Source: Alphaproteobacteria bacterium
GTDB lineage: Bacteria; Pseudomonadota; Alphaproteobacteria; GCA-2731375
Direction of reading: 5' to 3'
Assembly (NCBI GenBank): GCA_029937535.1
Contig: JAPYPT010000004.1
Coordinates: forward strand, 1-51,431
Length of the DNA stretch: 51,431 nucleotides
Shown: piece after piece, positions 37,299 through 46,377 of the stretch
Position numbering within the stretch: the first letter of the stretch is position 1
How the letters are laid out: the number at the start of each line of letters is the position of its first letter
The notes under the pieces: model-generated
Seen by the model: only the letters and a program-made list of their open reading frames with translations
Told to the model about the DNA's origin: nothing
Database searches by the model: none
Program-made: the position numbers and the translations under genes

Positions 37299-37892
37299 AT
37301 GACCACAATCGGCATTCTATTTTTTGACGGCACCGAGGAACTGGACGCCGTGGGACCGTGGGAAGTTTTCACCATGGCGGCGGCGCAACGGGACGAGATC
37401 AAGGTGATAACAATCTCGGAACGGGGCGGCACGGTGCGCTGCAACAAAGGCATGCGGATCGAGATGGACCACAGTTTCGCCGATGCGCCGAAGCTGGATG
37501 TATTGTTGGTGCCGGGCGGCCAGGGCACCCGGACGGAGGTCGACAATCCCGAATTATTGGCCTGGATCGCGGACGTCGCGCCCGGCTGTCAATGGGTTAC
37601 CTCCGTGTGCACGGGTTCATTGTTACTGGCGGAGGCGGGCCCGGCGGCGGGCAAGCGCATCACCACGCACTGGGGCGCCATCGATATGGTGCGCAAGCGG
37701 GGCAAGGCGGGCGAGGTGTTGGAAAACATCCGCTATGTGCGCGACGGCAACGTGGTCACCTCCGCCGGGGTGTCGGCGGGCATCGACATGGCCTTGTGGC
37801 TGATGGGGGAGATGTATTCCCCGGACTTCGCCCGCAGCGTCCAACGCAACATGGAATACGATCCCGCGCCCCCTTATGCGGCCGAGGTTTGA
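37299..37892 (+). CDS. DJ-1/PfpI family protein (isonitrile hydratase-like)
   Basis: EELD.VGP.EVF, LLVPGG, SVCTG (catalytic Cys), TTHW, TSAGVSAGID and EYDP.PP motifs. Confidence 0.9.
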   Translation: MTTIGILFFDGTEELDAVGPWEVFTMAAAQRDEIKVITISERGGTVRCNKGMRIEMDHSFADAPKLDVLLVPGGQGTRTEVDNPELLAWIADVAPGCQWVTSVCTGSLLLAEAGPAAGKRITTHWGAIDMVRKRGKAGEVLENIRYVRDGNVVTSAGVSAGIDMALWLMGEMYSPDFARSVQRNMEYDPAPPYAAEV

Positions 37893-38860
37893 TGCCGCAG
37901 CCAATAGAGGAAGATCTCTCCACGCCCATAAACCTGCCGGATATGAGCGGCCTGGACCTGGATTTCGATATTATCGATTGTCACCACCATTTGTTCGATT
38001 TGGGCGCCGTCCATTACCCCTGGCTGACCGATCATCCGGAAGAGAACTTTCTGCTGGGTAACTATGACGCCTTGAAACAGGACTATGGCCCCGATGACTA
38101 CCGTGCCGATGCGGGATCGTTGCGTGTGGTGAAAACGGTGCATGTGGAGGCCGAAGCGAACCGCGCCGGTCAGGTCGCGGAGACCCGGTGGTTGACCGGC
38201 GTCATGGCCCGGGACGGTCTGCCGGACGCCATCGTGGCCCATGCCTGGCTGCATCGCGCCGACAGCGAAGAGGTGCTGGCGGCCCAGGCGGCGTTCGACG
38301 CGGTGCGCGGCATTCGCAGCAAACCCCGCACGTCCGCCTCCGCCGCCGAACGTGACGGCGTCCAAGGCCAGCCCGCCAGCATGCAGGACCCCGCCTGGCG
38401 CGAAGGGTTGGGGTTGTTGGGGAAGTATGATCTGTCGTGGGATCTGCGCGTGCCGTTTTGGCATTTGTCAGAGGCGGCGGAGGTTTGCGCGCTGTACCCC
38501 GATTTGCCCATCGTCACCGAGCACACCGGCCTGGCCTGGGACCGCAATGAGGCGGGCCTGGCCGAATGGCGCCGGGGCATGGAGGCGTTGGCGGCCATGG
38601 AGCATGTGCATCTGAAGATCTCGGAACTGGGCCTGGCCGGCGCGCCCTGGGACTATGAAGACAACCGGCGCGTGGTGCGGGAGGCGATCGAGATCTTCGG
38701 CTTCGAGCGTTGCATGTTCGCCTCCAACTTTCCCGTCGCGGGGCTGCGGATAGGTTACGTGGATCAGGTAAGCGCCATCGCCCATATGATCAAGGACTGC
38801 TCCGACGCCGAGCGGGCGGCGTTGTTCCATGATACTGCGAAGCGGTTTTACCGCCTTTAA
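37892..38860 (+). CDS. Amidohydrolase_2 family (lactonase-like)
   Basis: IIDCHHH, VHVEA, RGIR, EHTG, LKIS and RCMFASNFP motifs. TGATG coupling, so the real start is 37892 rather than 37358. Confidence 0.88.
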   Translation: MPQPIEEDLSTPINLPDMSGLDLDFDIIDCHHHLFDLGAVHYPWLTDHPEENFLLGNYDALKQDYGPDDYRADAGSLRVVKTVHVEAEANRAGQVAETRWLTGVMARDGLPDAIVAHAWLHRADSEEVLAAQAAFDAVRGIRSKPRTSASAAERDGVQGQPASMQDPAWREGLGLLGKYDLSWDLRVPFWHLSEAAEVCALYPDLPIVTEHTGLAWDRNEAGLAEWRRGMEALAAMEHVHLKISELGLAGAPWDYEDNRRVVREAIEIFGFERCMFASNFPVAGLRIGYVDQVSAIAHMIKDCSDAERAALFHDTAKRFYRL

Positions 38861-38905
38861 TCACGCGTTTTCGGCAGTTCGAAATCCGCCGCCCGCTCCA
38901 CGACA
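38857..38905 (-). repeat. Relic duplicate of the last 15 codons plus stop of the 39018-39914 gene
   Basis: 44/49 nt identical to 39018-39066. Both copies translate to VVERAADFELPKTRD*. Confidence 0.92.
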
Positions 38906-38909
38906 AACC

Positions 38910-39006
38910 GTCATCCCCGGGCGTAGCGAAGCGGAGACCCGGGGATCCAGGGCCGCAAACACCTGAGTTTGTTGCCCTGGATTACCGGGTCGAGCCCGGT
39001 AATGAC
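38910..39006. repeat. REP-like cloverleaf palindromic element (GTCAT...ATGAC)
   Basis: Three 9-bp hairpins (ATCCCCGGG/CCCGGGGAT, ATCCAGGGC/GCCCTGGAT, ATTACCGGG/CCCGGTAAT) closed by GTCAT/ATGAC. It resembles common alphaproteobacterial intergenic repeats. Confidence 0.88.
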
Positions 39007-39017
39007 TCTAAATTGAA

Positions 39018-39914
39018 CTAATCGCGCGTCTTCGGCAGTTCGAAATCGGCTGCCCGCTCCACGACACGGAGGATTTCGCTCAAATCGCCATTCCCCAGGC
39101 CCATGGCCAGGGCCTGGCGCATGGTTTGATAGGTGGCGGCGGCGACGTTTTGCGGGACTTCCAGGCGTTCGGCTTCCATGCGCCACAGCATGGCGTCTTT
39201 TTCAATGATGTGCATGGGCGCTTCCATGTTGAAGGCCCGGTTCAGGATAAAATTGGGCACCTTGCTCAAGGTGGCGCTGTTCTGGCCGGAGCCGGAATTC
39301 ATCACGGCCAGGGCCTTTTCGGGATCAACGCCGCCCTTGGCGGCCATCACCAACGCCTCGCAGGCGATCACCAGGTTGGTGAAGGACATGATGTTGTTGG
39401 AAATCTTGACCAATTGGGCCTGCCCGACCTCCGCGCCCACATAGTGAATATCGCGGGCAAAGGATTGCAGGAAGGGTTCAACCTGGTCGTAGACCGCCTG
39501 GGGGCCGGATGTGACCACGGTGATGTCGCCATCCCAGGCCCGCTGCACGCCGCCGGTGATGGGGCTATCCAGCATGGCGATGCCTTTTTCCGATAGTGCG
39601 GCTTCCACCGCGGCCACTGCTTCGGTGCCCATGGTGCCCAGGTTGACGAAGGTTTGCATGGCGCCGCCCGCCAACACGCCGTCAGCACCGGAAACGATGG
39701 CGTGAAAGCTGTCGATGGTGGGCATGCAGGCGAATACGACCTCGGCCTCGTCCGCCACCTCCCGTGGCGAGGAGAGGATGCGCGCCTGTTTGTCGGCCAA
39801 GGATTTCGTCGCCTCGGGATTGATGTCAAAGACCGCCAGGGACTTCTCCTGATCCAGTACATTGCTCGCCAGGGGTAACCCGATACTGCCCGTTCCGATA
39901 AATCCCGCCTTCAT
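39018..39914 (-). CDS. NAD(P)-dependent oxidoreductase, 3-hydroxyisobutyrate dehydrogenase family
   Basis: GFIGTGSIG.P.A, DSPITGG, G.AQLVKISNN (catalytic Lys) and KD motifs. Start set to the ATG at 39914 (GGAG RBS). Confidence 0.9.
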   Translation of the reverse strand: MKAGFIGTGSIGLPLASNVLDQEKSLAVFDINPEATKSLADKQARILSSPREVADEAEVVFACMPTIDSFHAIVSGADGVLAGGAMQTFVNLGTMGTEAVAAVEAALSEKGIAMLDSPITGGVQRAWDGDITVVTSGPQAVYDQVEPFLQSFARDIHYVGAEVGQAQLVKISNNIMSFTNLVIACEALVMAAKGGVDPEKALAVMNSGSGQNSATLSKVPNFILNRAFNMEAPMHIIEKDAMLWRMEAERLEVPQNVAAATYQTMRQALAMGLGNGDLSEILRVVERAADFELPKTRD

Positions 39915-39999
39915 GCCGTTCTCTCCTATGTCTAAGCTGTGCTTTGTTGAAACCATGATACGATAAAGCACGCCGTCAGTACAAAGAACGGAGGGGTAG

Positions 40000-42216
40000 G
40001 TGTTCTTTACGACAAGAAATAACCAGCGGCCCTATCATCTTGGCGGATTTCCATTGGAGACCTTGCCCCGCGACGACAGCATCGTGGCGGAGGAAGCGGC
40101 CCGCCCGCCTGTCCTCGCGCCGAACTATGAACGCGCCGCCGATGGCCCCCTGGCCCGCTCCCTCCGCGGCTACCTGGAAATTTTCATCGAAACAGCCATG
40201 CGGGAGTCGGCGGGGGCAGAGGCGCCGGTGCCGGACGATCCCCACCGGCGCATGGTGGATGTCAAGGGATACGGTTATTTCATGAACGCTTCCCAGGTGG
40301 GTATTTGCCGCATTCCGGCCAATGCCTGGACCTCTGATGGCGGGCCGGCTGAGCATGCATTCGCAGTCGTTTTGTTGTTGGAACATGGCCGGGTGCCGGA
40401 GGCCGATAATCCGGCGGCCGGGTGGATCGCGCCGGCCCTGGCAGAGGCGGGGGATGCCCGTATCGGCGGCATTGCCGTCTGCCTGTCCGGGCACATTCAA
40501 AAGATGGGCCATCCCGCGGCGGCCCATGTCATGGGCGCCGGCGATCTGGATCTGGATCGCCTGGCGGTGCTGGCCGGGCTGGCCGTGCGGGACGGAGATC
40601 GTCTGCGCAATCCCTTCATCAAGGCTGGGTTTTCCATCGCGGCGGTCTCGACCTCTTATGGGCTGGAAACCGACCGGCCCTTGGCGGGGGCGGCATTGGG
40701 CGGCTTGGGCCTGGGTTATTGGCTGGGCCGGAACGGCGCCACGTCGGGGCGGGAACGCAACCGCCGGGCCGGGCGGGCGAGCCATCTCAGCGCCTATGCC
40801 ATGGAAACGGTGCCCCGGGTGGATCGCCCGACCACCTTGATTCTGGACGACGAGGTGCCCCGGGTTTCCAAACGCGCGGCTTTTTTCGACCGCGCCATGC
40901 GGGGCGATCTGGGTCCCAAGGCCAAGAAAGAGCGTAACCGCTTCGCCTTCAAACAACCCCATACCGCCGGCATGATGGCCTCCATGCGGGCCATGGTGCC
41001 GATCCAGGGCGGCGAACCAGCGGCCGATGCCACGCCGGGGGATTATGACGACCCGGCTGCCAACGCACGGGCGCTGAAGTCGCTATCCTACCTGCTGGGC
41101 GCCGATCTGACCGGCATTTGTGAAATTCCCAGATACGCCTGGTTCTCCCACGGCGCCAAGGGGGAGGAGATCACGCCCTATCACAAATATGCCGTGGTCA
41201 TGCTGATCGACCAGGAGTTCGACACCATGGAAGGGGCGGCGGGGGATGATTGGATTTCCGGCACCCAATCCATGCGGGCCTATTTGCGCGGGGCCGAGAT
41301 CGCCGGCGTCATGGGCGATACCCTGCGCCAGTTGGGCTTTCCGGCCCGTTCGCAAACCAACGTGGACAGCGATGTGCTGCATATCCCCCTGGTCTTGTGG
41401 GCCGGCCTGGGGGAATTGTCCCGCATTGGCGAATTGGTCCTCAACCCCTTTGTCGGGCCGCGCTTCAAATCCGTTGTGCTGACCACGGATATGCCCCTGG
41501 AAGTGGACAAACCGGTGGACTTCGGGCTGCAGTATTTCTGCGAACATTGCACGAAATGCGCCCGGGAATGCCCCTGCGATGCGATCTCCTGGGGCGCCAA
41601 AATCATCTTCAACGGTTACGAGATGTGGAAGCCGGACGCCGAACGCTGCGCCCGTTACCGCCTGACCAACGCCAAGGGCTCGGCCTGCGGCCGGTGCATG
41701 AAGACTTGCCCGCTGAACAAGGTGGTGACGGCCGATGGCCCTGTCCTTGAACGCATGGCCTCGTGGTGCGGCATCAATGCCCGCTGGCTGAAGCCAATCT
41801 TGGTGCCCATCGCCGTCTGGTTGGATGATTATCTGGGCAAGGGCCGGCGCAACCCGGTAAAGAAATGGTGGTTCGATCTGGAAGTGGTGGACGATGTCTG
41901 TATCGAACCCGTCAAGGGCGTTAGCCAGCGGGATCTGGACGTCGGCCACAAGATCGATCCCGCGAAACAAAAGATGGCCTATTACCCCGCTTCCATGATG
42001 CCCGTGCCCAACGATCTCAACGCCCAGCCGGTCGACCGCAAGGCCGCCATGGCCATGGGCGAGGTGCTGGAAAGCCCCATCACGGCGGCCATCCGGGCCG
42101 GCCGGGGACAGCCCGCGCCCGGCCATAATGCGCCGACGCCGCCCGATCCGAATGGTCCCAAGGGGCAGGATATCAAACCCACCGTTTATGGCACGGCAAG
42201 GGCGGAAAAAGGTTGA
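40000..42216 (+). CDS. rdhA: Cobalamin-dependent catabolic reductive dehalogenase (NpRdhA/BhbA type, no Tat signal)
   Basis: RPYHLG.FPLE.L N-terminus, a duplicated vestigial domain, GDDWISGTQSMRAY, AGLGELSRIG..VLNPFVGPRFK, and Fe-S motifs CX2CX2CX3CP and CX12CX2CX3CP followed by KKWWFDLE. Confidence 0.92.
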   Translation: MFFTTRNNQRPYHLGGFPLETLPRDDSIVAEEAARPPVLAPNYERAADGPLARSLRGYLEIFIETAMRESAGAEAPVPDDPHRRMVDVKGYGYFMNASQVGICRIPANAWTSDGGPAEHAFAVVLLLEHGRVPEADNPAAGWIAPALAEAGDARIGGIAVCLSGHIQKMGHPAAAHVMGAGDLDLDRLAVLAGLAVRDGDRLRNPFIKAGFSIAAVSTSYGLETDRPLAGAALGGLGLGYWLGRNGATSGRERNRRAGRASHLSAYAMETVPRVDRPTTLILDDEVPRVSKRAAFFDRAMRGDLGPKAKKERNRFAFKQPHTAGMMASMRAMVPIQGGEPAADATPGDYDDPAANARALKSLSYLLGADLTGICEIPRYAWFSHGAKGEEITPYHKYAVVMLIDQEFDTMEGAAGDDWISGTQSMRAYLRGAEIAGVMGDTLRQLGFPARSQTNVDSDVLHIPLVLWAGLGELSRIGELVLNPFVGPRFKSVVLTTDMPLEVDKPVDFGLQYFCEHCTKCARECPCDAISWGAKIIFNGYEMWKPDAERCARYRLTNAKGSACGRCMKTCPLNKVVTADGPVLERMASWCGINARWLKPILVPIAVWLDDYLGKGRRNPVKKWWFDLEVVDDVCIEPVKGVSQRDLDVGHKIDPAKQKMAYYPASMMPVPNDLNAQPVDRKAAMAMGEVLESPITAAIRAGRGQPAPGHNAPTPPDPNGPKGQDIKPTVYGTARAEKG

Positions 42217-42296
42217 TTTCGGGCCATTGACAGCCCTGGGCTTAGCTGGGAAGCTCCGCTTATAAAAAACGTTAAACAGGGCTAGGGGGCTGCTGT

Positions 42297-43277
42297 ATGT
42301 CGGAACCAGTTCTTGAGATCGACAATCTAAGTGTTCGTTTTAATCTCAAGCGCGGCGTATTGCGTGCGGTTGATGGGGTTTCCATAAAAGTCGGCAAGGG
42401 CGAGACTTTTGGCCTGGTGGGCGAGAGCGGTTCGGGCAAGACCGTGACCGCGCGCTCCATCATGCGCCTGGTGCCCACGCCACCGGGCGAAATCGCTTCC
42501 GGCACCGTGCGTTTCGAGGGGCGGGACATCTATCAGATGTCGGACGAGGAAATCCGGGAGATCCGCGGCCAGCACATAGCGATGGTTTTCCAGGAACCCA
42601 TGAGCGCGCTCAACCCCGTGTTCACGGTGGGCAGCCAGATCGGCGACCCCCTGCGCACCAACCTCGGGATGAGTAAACAGGAAGCGCGGGAACGTACGAT
42701 TGAGATGTTGCAGCTGGTGGGTATCCCCTCGCCCGCCACTCGGATCGACAATTATGTGCATGAATTTTCCGGCGGCATGCGGCAACGTGTCATGCTGGCC
42801 ATGGCATTGAGCTGCGACCCCACCTTCCTGATCGCGGATGAGCCGACCACGGCGCTGGACGTGACCATTCAGGCGGTGATCCTGGAACTGATTACCTCCA
42901 TGATTGAACGCTTCGATATGTCGTTGCTGTTTATCACCCATAATCTTGGCGTCGTGGCCCATGCTTGCGACAACATCGGCGTAATGTATGCCTCCCACCT
43001 GGTGGAAATGGGTAGCACGGAAGAGATATTCGCCAATCCCCAGCATCCCTACACAGTTGGCCTGCTGCGTTCGATTCCCCGTCTCGATGTGCAGGAAAAA
43101 TTTCTGACGCCCATTGATGGCACTGTTTGCAACATGATGGACCCGCCGCAAGGGTGTAAATTTCATCCGCGCTGTACCCAGGCCATGGATATCTGCAAGG
43201 AACGAATTCCTGAGTTCAAGGAACTGTCGCCCGGCCATTTCGCCGCCTGTCACCTGCATGAACAACCAACCGTCTAG
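42297..43277 (+). CDS. Peptide/nickel-family ABC transporter ATP-binding protein (OppD/DppD-like)
   Basis: [39 protein letters not shown] and a C-terminal GC.FHPRC oligo_HPY domain. Confidence 0.95.
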   Translation: MSEPVLEIDNLSVRFNLKRGVLRAVDGVSIKVGKGETFGLVGESGSGKTVTARSIMRLVPTPPGEIASGTVRFEGRDIYQMSDEEIREIRGQHIAMVFQEPMSALNPVFTVGSQIGDPLRTNLGMSKQEARERTIEMLQLVGIPSPATRIDNYVHEFSGGMRQRVMLAMALSCDPTFLIADEPTTALDVTIQAVILELITSMIERFDMSLLFITHNLGVVAHACDNIGVMYASHLVEMGSTEEIFANPQHPYTVGLLRSIPRLDVQEKFLTPIDGTVCNMMDPPQGCKFHPRCTQAMDICKERIPEFKELSPGHFAACHLHEQPTV

Positions 43278-43319
43278 CCCCGTGCCGGCAAGACGCAGCG
43301 TACCGAGGCAGAAAAGCAC

Positions 43320-44297
43320 ATGACTGAAAACCTGTTGGAAGTTAAGGATCTGGTCAAACATTTCACCCTCAACGGTGATCTGGTCTCGCGCATCGCGGGC
43401 AAGACCCAGACGGTGAAGGCGGTTGACGGCATCAATTTCCATATTCGTCAGGGCGAGACGTTGGGCCTGGTCGGTGAATCCGGTTGTGGTAAATCGACCA
43501 CGGGCCGCCTGATTACCCGGCTGATTGAACCCACCGCCGGTGAGATCAAGCTGCATGGCGAGGACCTGCTGTCCTTTTCTCCCAAACGCATGCGGGAGAC
43601 GCGCCGGAATGTGCAATTGGTGTTTCAAGATCCCTATGCCTCGCTCAATCCCCGCAAGACCATCATGGATATTTTGAGCCGGCCGCTCGAAGTTCATAAG
43701 CTCGCGACGACTTGGCACGAAAAACGGGAACGGGTGCTGGAGCTTTTGAACCTGGTTGGCTTGGGGTCCGAACATATTGACCGCTATCCCCATGAATTTT
43801 CAGGCGGCCAACGCCAGCGTATCGCCATCGCTCGCGGCCTGGCCCTGACGCCTGAACTGGTCATTGGGGACGAACCTGTCTCCGCCCTTGATGTTTCAAT
43901 CCAGGCGCAGATCCTTAATCTGTTCCGCGAGCTGCAGGAAAAATTCTCCCTGACATATCTGTTCATCGCCCATGATTTGGCCGTCATCCGCCATATCAGC
44001 GACCGGGTCGCGGTGATGTATGTGGGCAAGATCGTTGAAACGGGCCCGGTGGCGACGATATTTTCCGATCCCCTGCACCCCTATACCAAGGCCCTGCTGG
44101 CCGCGGTGCCCGAGGCCGATCCGAAAAAGCCGCCCCCCCGACTGACCCTGGAAGGGGAGGTGGCGACGCCCATCGATCCCCCGCCCGGCTGCCGACTGAA
44201 CGGCCGTTGCCCCCTGGCCACGTCAATCTGTGGCGAGGTCGAACCCGCTTTGGTCTCCGTCGCGACAAACCATGAGGTGGCCTGCCACAATTTGTAG
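43320..44297 (+). CDS. Peptide/nickel-family ABC transporter ATP-binding protein (OppF/DppF-like)
   Basis: [35 protein letters not shown] and HPYT motifs. Confidence 0.95.
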   Translation: MTENLLEVKDLVKHFTLNGDLVSRIAGKTQTVKAVDGINFHIRQGETLGLVGESGCGKSTTGRLITRLIEPTAGEIKLHGEDLLSFSPKRMRETRRNVQLVFQDPYASLNPRKTIMDILSRPLEVHKLATTWHEKRERVLELLNLVGLGSEHIDRYPHEFSGGQRQRIAIARGLALTPELVIGDEPVSALDVSIQAQILNLFRELQEKFSLTYLFIAHDLAVIRHISDRVAVMYVGKIVETGPVATIFSDPLHPYTKALLAAVPEADPKKPPPRLTLEGEVATPIDPPPGCRLNGRCPLATSICGEVEPALVSVATNHEVACHNL

Positions 44298-44318
44298 GTA
44301 GATTTCGCCAAGGAAATC

Positions 44319-44352
44319 AGGCCGCGGCCCCGTGAGGAGCGCGGCCTTTTTT
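44319..44352 (+). terminator. Rho-independent terminator between the convergent ABC genes
   Basis: Stem AGGCCGCG...CGCGGCCT followed by a T run. Confidence 0.75.
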
Positions 44353-44374
44353 CTTCGGCCCAGATTGCGGCCAG

Positions 44375-45325
44375 CTAACGTGCCTGAATGCGCGGGTCGA
44401 GAATGTCCCGCAGGCCGTCGCCGAACAGGTTGAAGGCGAGCACGGCATAGCAGATCGCCAGACCTGGATACACGGCGATCATCGGATGGCTCTCCATATG
44501 TTCACGGGCGACGTTGAGGTCGCTGCCCCAATCCGGCGTCGGCGGCGGCGTGCCAAGTCCGAGGAACGACAGTGCCGCGATAATCAGAATGACATAACCC
44601 AGGCGCACGGTGGCATTGACGATCAGGGGCGAGATAATGTTGGGCAATATCTCCCGCAAGGCGATATGCAAGCTGCCCTCGCCGACAATATGGGCGGCTT
44701 CCACATATTCTTTTTTGGCCTCGACCATCGAGGTGCCCCGCGTCAGGCGGGCGATTTCGGGCATGGTGTTTATGCCCAGCGCAAAGACAAGTATAGAATC
44801 GTTCCAGAACCCCTCCAGCTTCCATTCCCGCGCCACGGTGATGATCAGCAAATAGAGCAATAATCCGGGAAAGGCGATGAGGCCGTCCACGCACCTCATG
44901 GCTATGGAATCGAAACGGCCGCCAAAGAAACCGGAAAAAACGCCAAGCGGAATACCCAGCACCAGCCCGAAGATAACGGCGGCGACGGCGATGGCGACAA
45001 TGCGCTGACCGCCATACAGGACGCGGGAATAAATATCCCGGCCAAACTTGTCGGTGCCGAAATAATGCTCCGCGCTGGCCGGCTGCAGGCGAATACGATA
45101 ATTGGGCTTGGTCGGCGGGTGGGTTGCCAGCACGGGCGTCAGGATACATACGGTAAACAGGGCGATCATCATGATCGCACCGATGGTTGCCGTCTTGCTT
45201 TTCAGCAACTCGTCCAGGGCATTTTGGGTTACGGTCCGTATGCGGCGCATGCGGATGGCAAAGGGCGTATCGTCCGGGCTGATGGTGTCAACGCGCTGGC
45301 GCGACTGCAATTGTTGGTCTGTCAT
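44375..45325 (-). CDS. ABC transporter permease (OppC/DppC-like)
   Basis: HYFGTDKFGRDIYSR, EYVEAA...G (EAA loop), LSFLGLG.PPP.PDWG and FNLFGDGLRD.LDP motifs. Confidence 0.95.
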   Translation of the reverse strand: MTDQQLQSRQRVDTISPDDTPFAIRMRRIRTVTQNALDELLKSKTATIGAIMMIALFTVCILTPVLATHPPTKPNYRIRLQPASAEHYFGTDKFGRDIYSRVLYGGQRIVAIAVAAVIFGLVLGIPLGVFSGFFGGRFDSIAMRCVDGLIAFPGLLLYLLIITVAREWKLEGFWNDSILVFALGINTMPEIARLTRGTSMVEAKKEYVEAAHIVGEGSLHIALREILPNIISPLIVNATVRLGYVILIIAALSFLGLGTPPPTPDWGSDLNVAREHMESHPMIAVYPGLAICYAVLAFNLFGDGLRDILDPRIQAR

Positions 45326-45336
45326 GCTCGCGCCCC

Positions 45337-46287
45337 CTAACCCGCACCGACGCGTGGGTTCAACACGCGGTACAACAAATCAACCAGCAAATTAATGATC
45401 ACCACCATGATGCCCAAAACCAGCACGCCCGCCTGGATCACCGGGAAATCCCTGAGCTGGATGGCTGAGTAGATGGCCAAGCCGATACCCGGCCAGGAAA
45501 ATATCGTCTCCAGCACCACCGTGCCCCCCAGCAGGCTGGCCAATTGCAGGCCGGAAATGGTGATGGTCGGGATCATCGCATTGCGCAGGGTATATTTGTA
45601 GATCACCTTGCGCTCCGACAAGCCGAGGGAGCGCGCCGTATCAACGTACTCCTTGCTGATTTCGTCCAGCATGCTGGATCGCGTCAGCCGCGTGGTGAAC
45701 GCCGCCTGTCGAAATCCCACCGCCAGGGCCGGCAATATCAAGTACCATATGCTCCTCCCCACATCCTCCAGCGGTGACTCATAGCCGGATGACGGCAATA
45801 TTCCGAGATGTAGGGCAAATAGCAAAATACAAAGGATCGCAAACCAGAACTCCGGGATGGAAATGCCCGCCAGCGAGGTGATCTGGGCCCCATAATCCGT
45901 CAACGTATTACGATTGACCGCGGCCAAGGTGCCCAAAGGCACGGCAATCAGAATTGACAGCCCGATACCGACCAGCGCCAGGTACATGGTCGCCGGTATA
46001 CGCTCCATCAATTCGATGTTCACCGGTCGCCGCGTGACAAGGGATTTGCCGAAATCTCCCTGTAAGACATTACCGACCCAAATAAAATATTGCACATAGA
46101 TCGGCTTATTGAGGCCAAATTCCTCTTCCAAGGCGGCCCGGACCTCCGGGTCCTCTTCGCCGTCCGTGGCCGTCAAGGTATCGATGACGTCGCCAGGCAG
46201 GGCATGGACGAAGCCGAATACCAAGACCGAAAGGATAAAAATAACGGGAATAATCTGCAGTATGCGGTTTATGGCATAAATGAGCAT
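45337..46287 (-). CDS. ABC transporter permease (OppB/DppB-like)
   Basis: LPGD, QY..W....QGDFG.S, R.TRSSML....EY..TARS.GL, ET.FSWPGIG and NL.VD.LY..LNPR motifs. Confidence 0.95.
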   Translation of the reverse strand: MLIYAINRILQIIPVIFILSVLVFGFVHALPGDVIDTLTATDGEEDPEVRAALEEEFGLNKPIYVQYFIWVGNVLQGDFGKSLVTRRPVNIELMERIPATMYLALVGIGLSILIAVPLGTLAAVNRNTLTDYGAQITSLAGISIPEFWFAILCILLFALHLGILPSSGYESPLEDVGRSIWYLILPALAVGFRQAAFTTRLTRSSMLDEISKEYVDTARSLGLSERKVIYKYTLRNAMIPTITISGLQLASLLGGTVVLETIFSWPGIGLAIYSAIQLRDFPVIQAGVLVLGIMVVIINLLVDLLYRVLNPRVGAG

Positions 46288-46314
46288 GTCACGGGCTCCG
46301 GCATGGCGCGCCGA

Positions 46315-46340
46315 CGACGTTTTCGACTATGAAAACGTCG
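46315..46340 (-). other. 10-bp stem-loop between the binding-protein and permease genes (likely mRNA stabiliser)
   Basis: CGACGTTTTC-gactat-GAAAACGTCG, a typical position in ABC operons. Confidence 0.5.
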
Positions 46341-46377
46341 CCGGACAACAAAAGCGCCTCTACTTTTAGATACGCGG

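Noticed and set aside
37358-37891. Apparent N-terminal extension making a 500-aa amidohydrolase
   Set aside because: It overlaps the DJ-1 gene out of frame. TGATG coupling at 37890-37894 gives the real start.
38857-39066. attL/attR of a prophage or integrative element
   Set aside because: Only 112 bp lie between the copies and no integrase is present. A fully decayed element cannot be excluded.
39915-39999. Cobalamin riboswitch upstream of rdhA
   Set aside because: The spacer is too short and no B12-box is recognisable.
40000-42216. Respiratory RdhA or epoxyqueuosine reductase QueG
   Set aside because: There is no Tat signal or rdhB, and the length, duplicated domain and motifs match the catabolic NpRdhA class.
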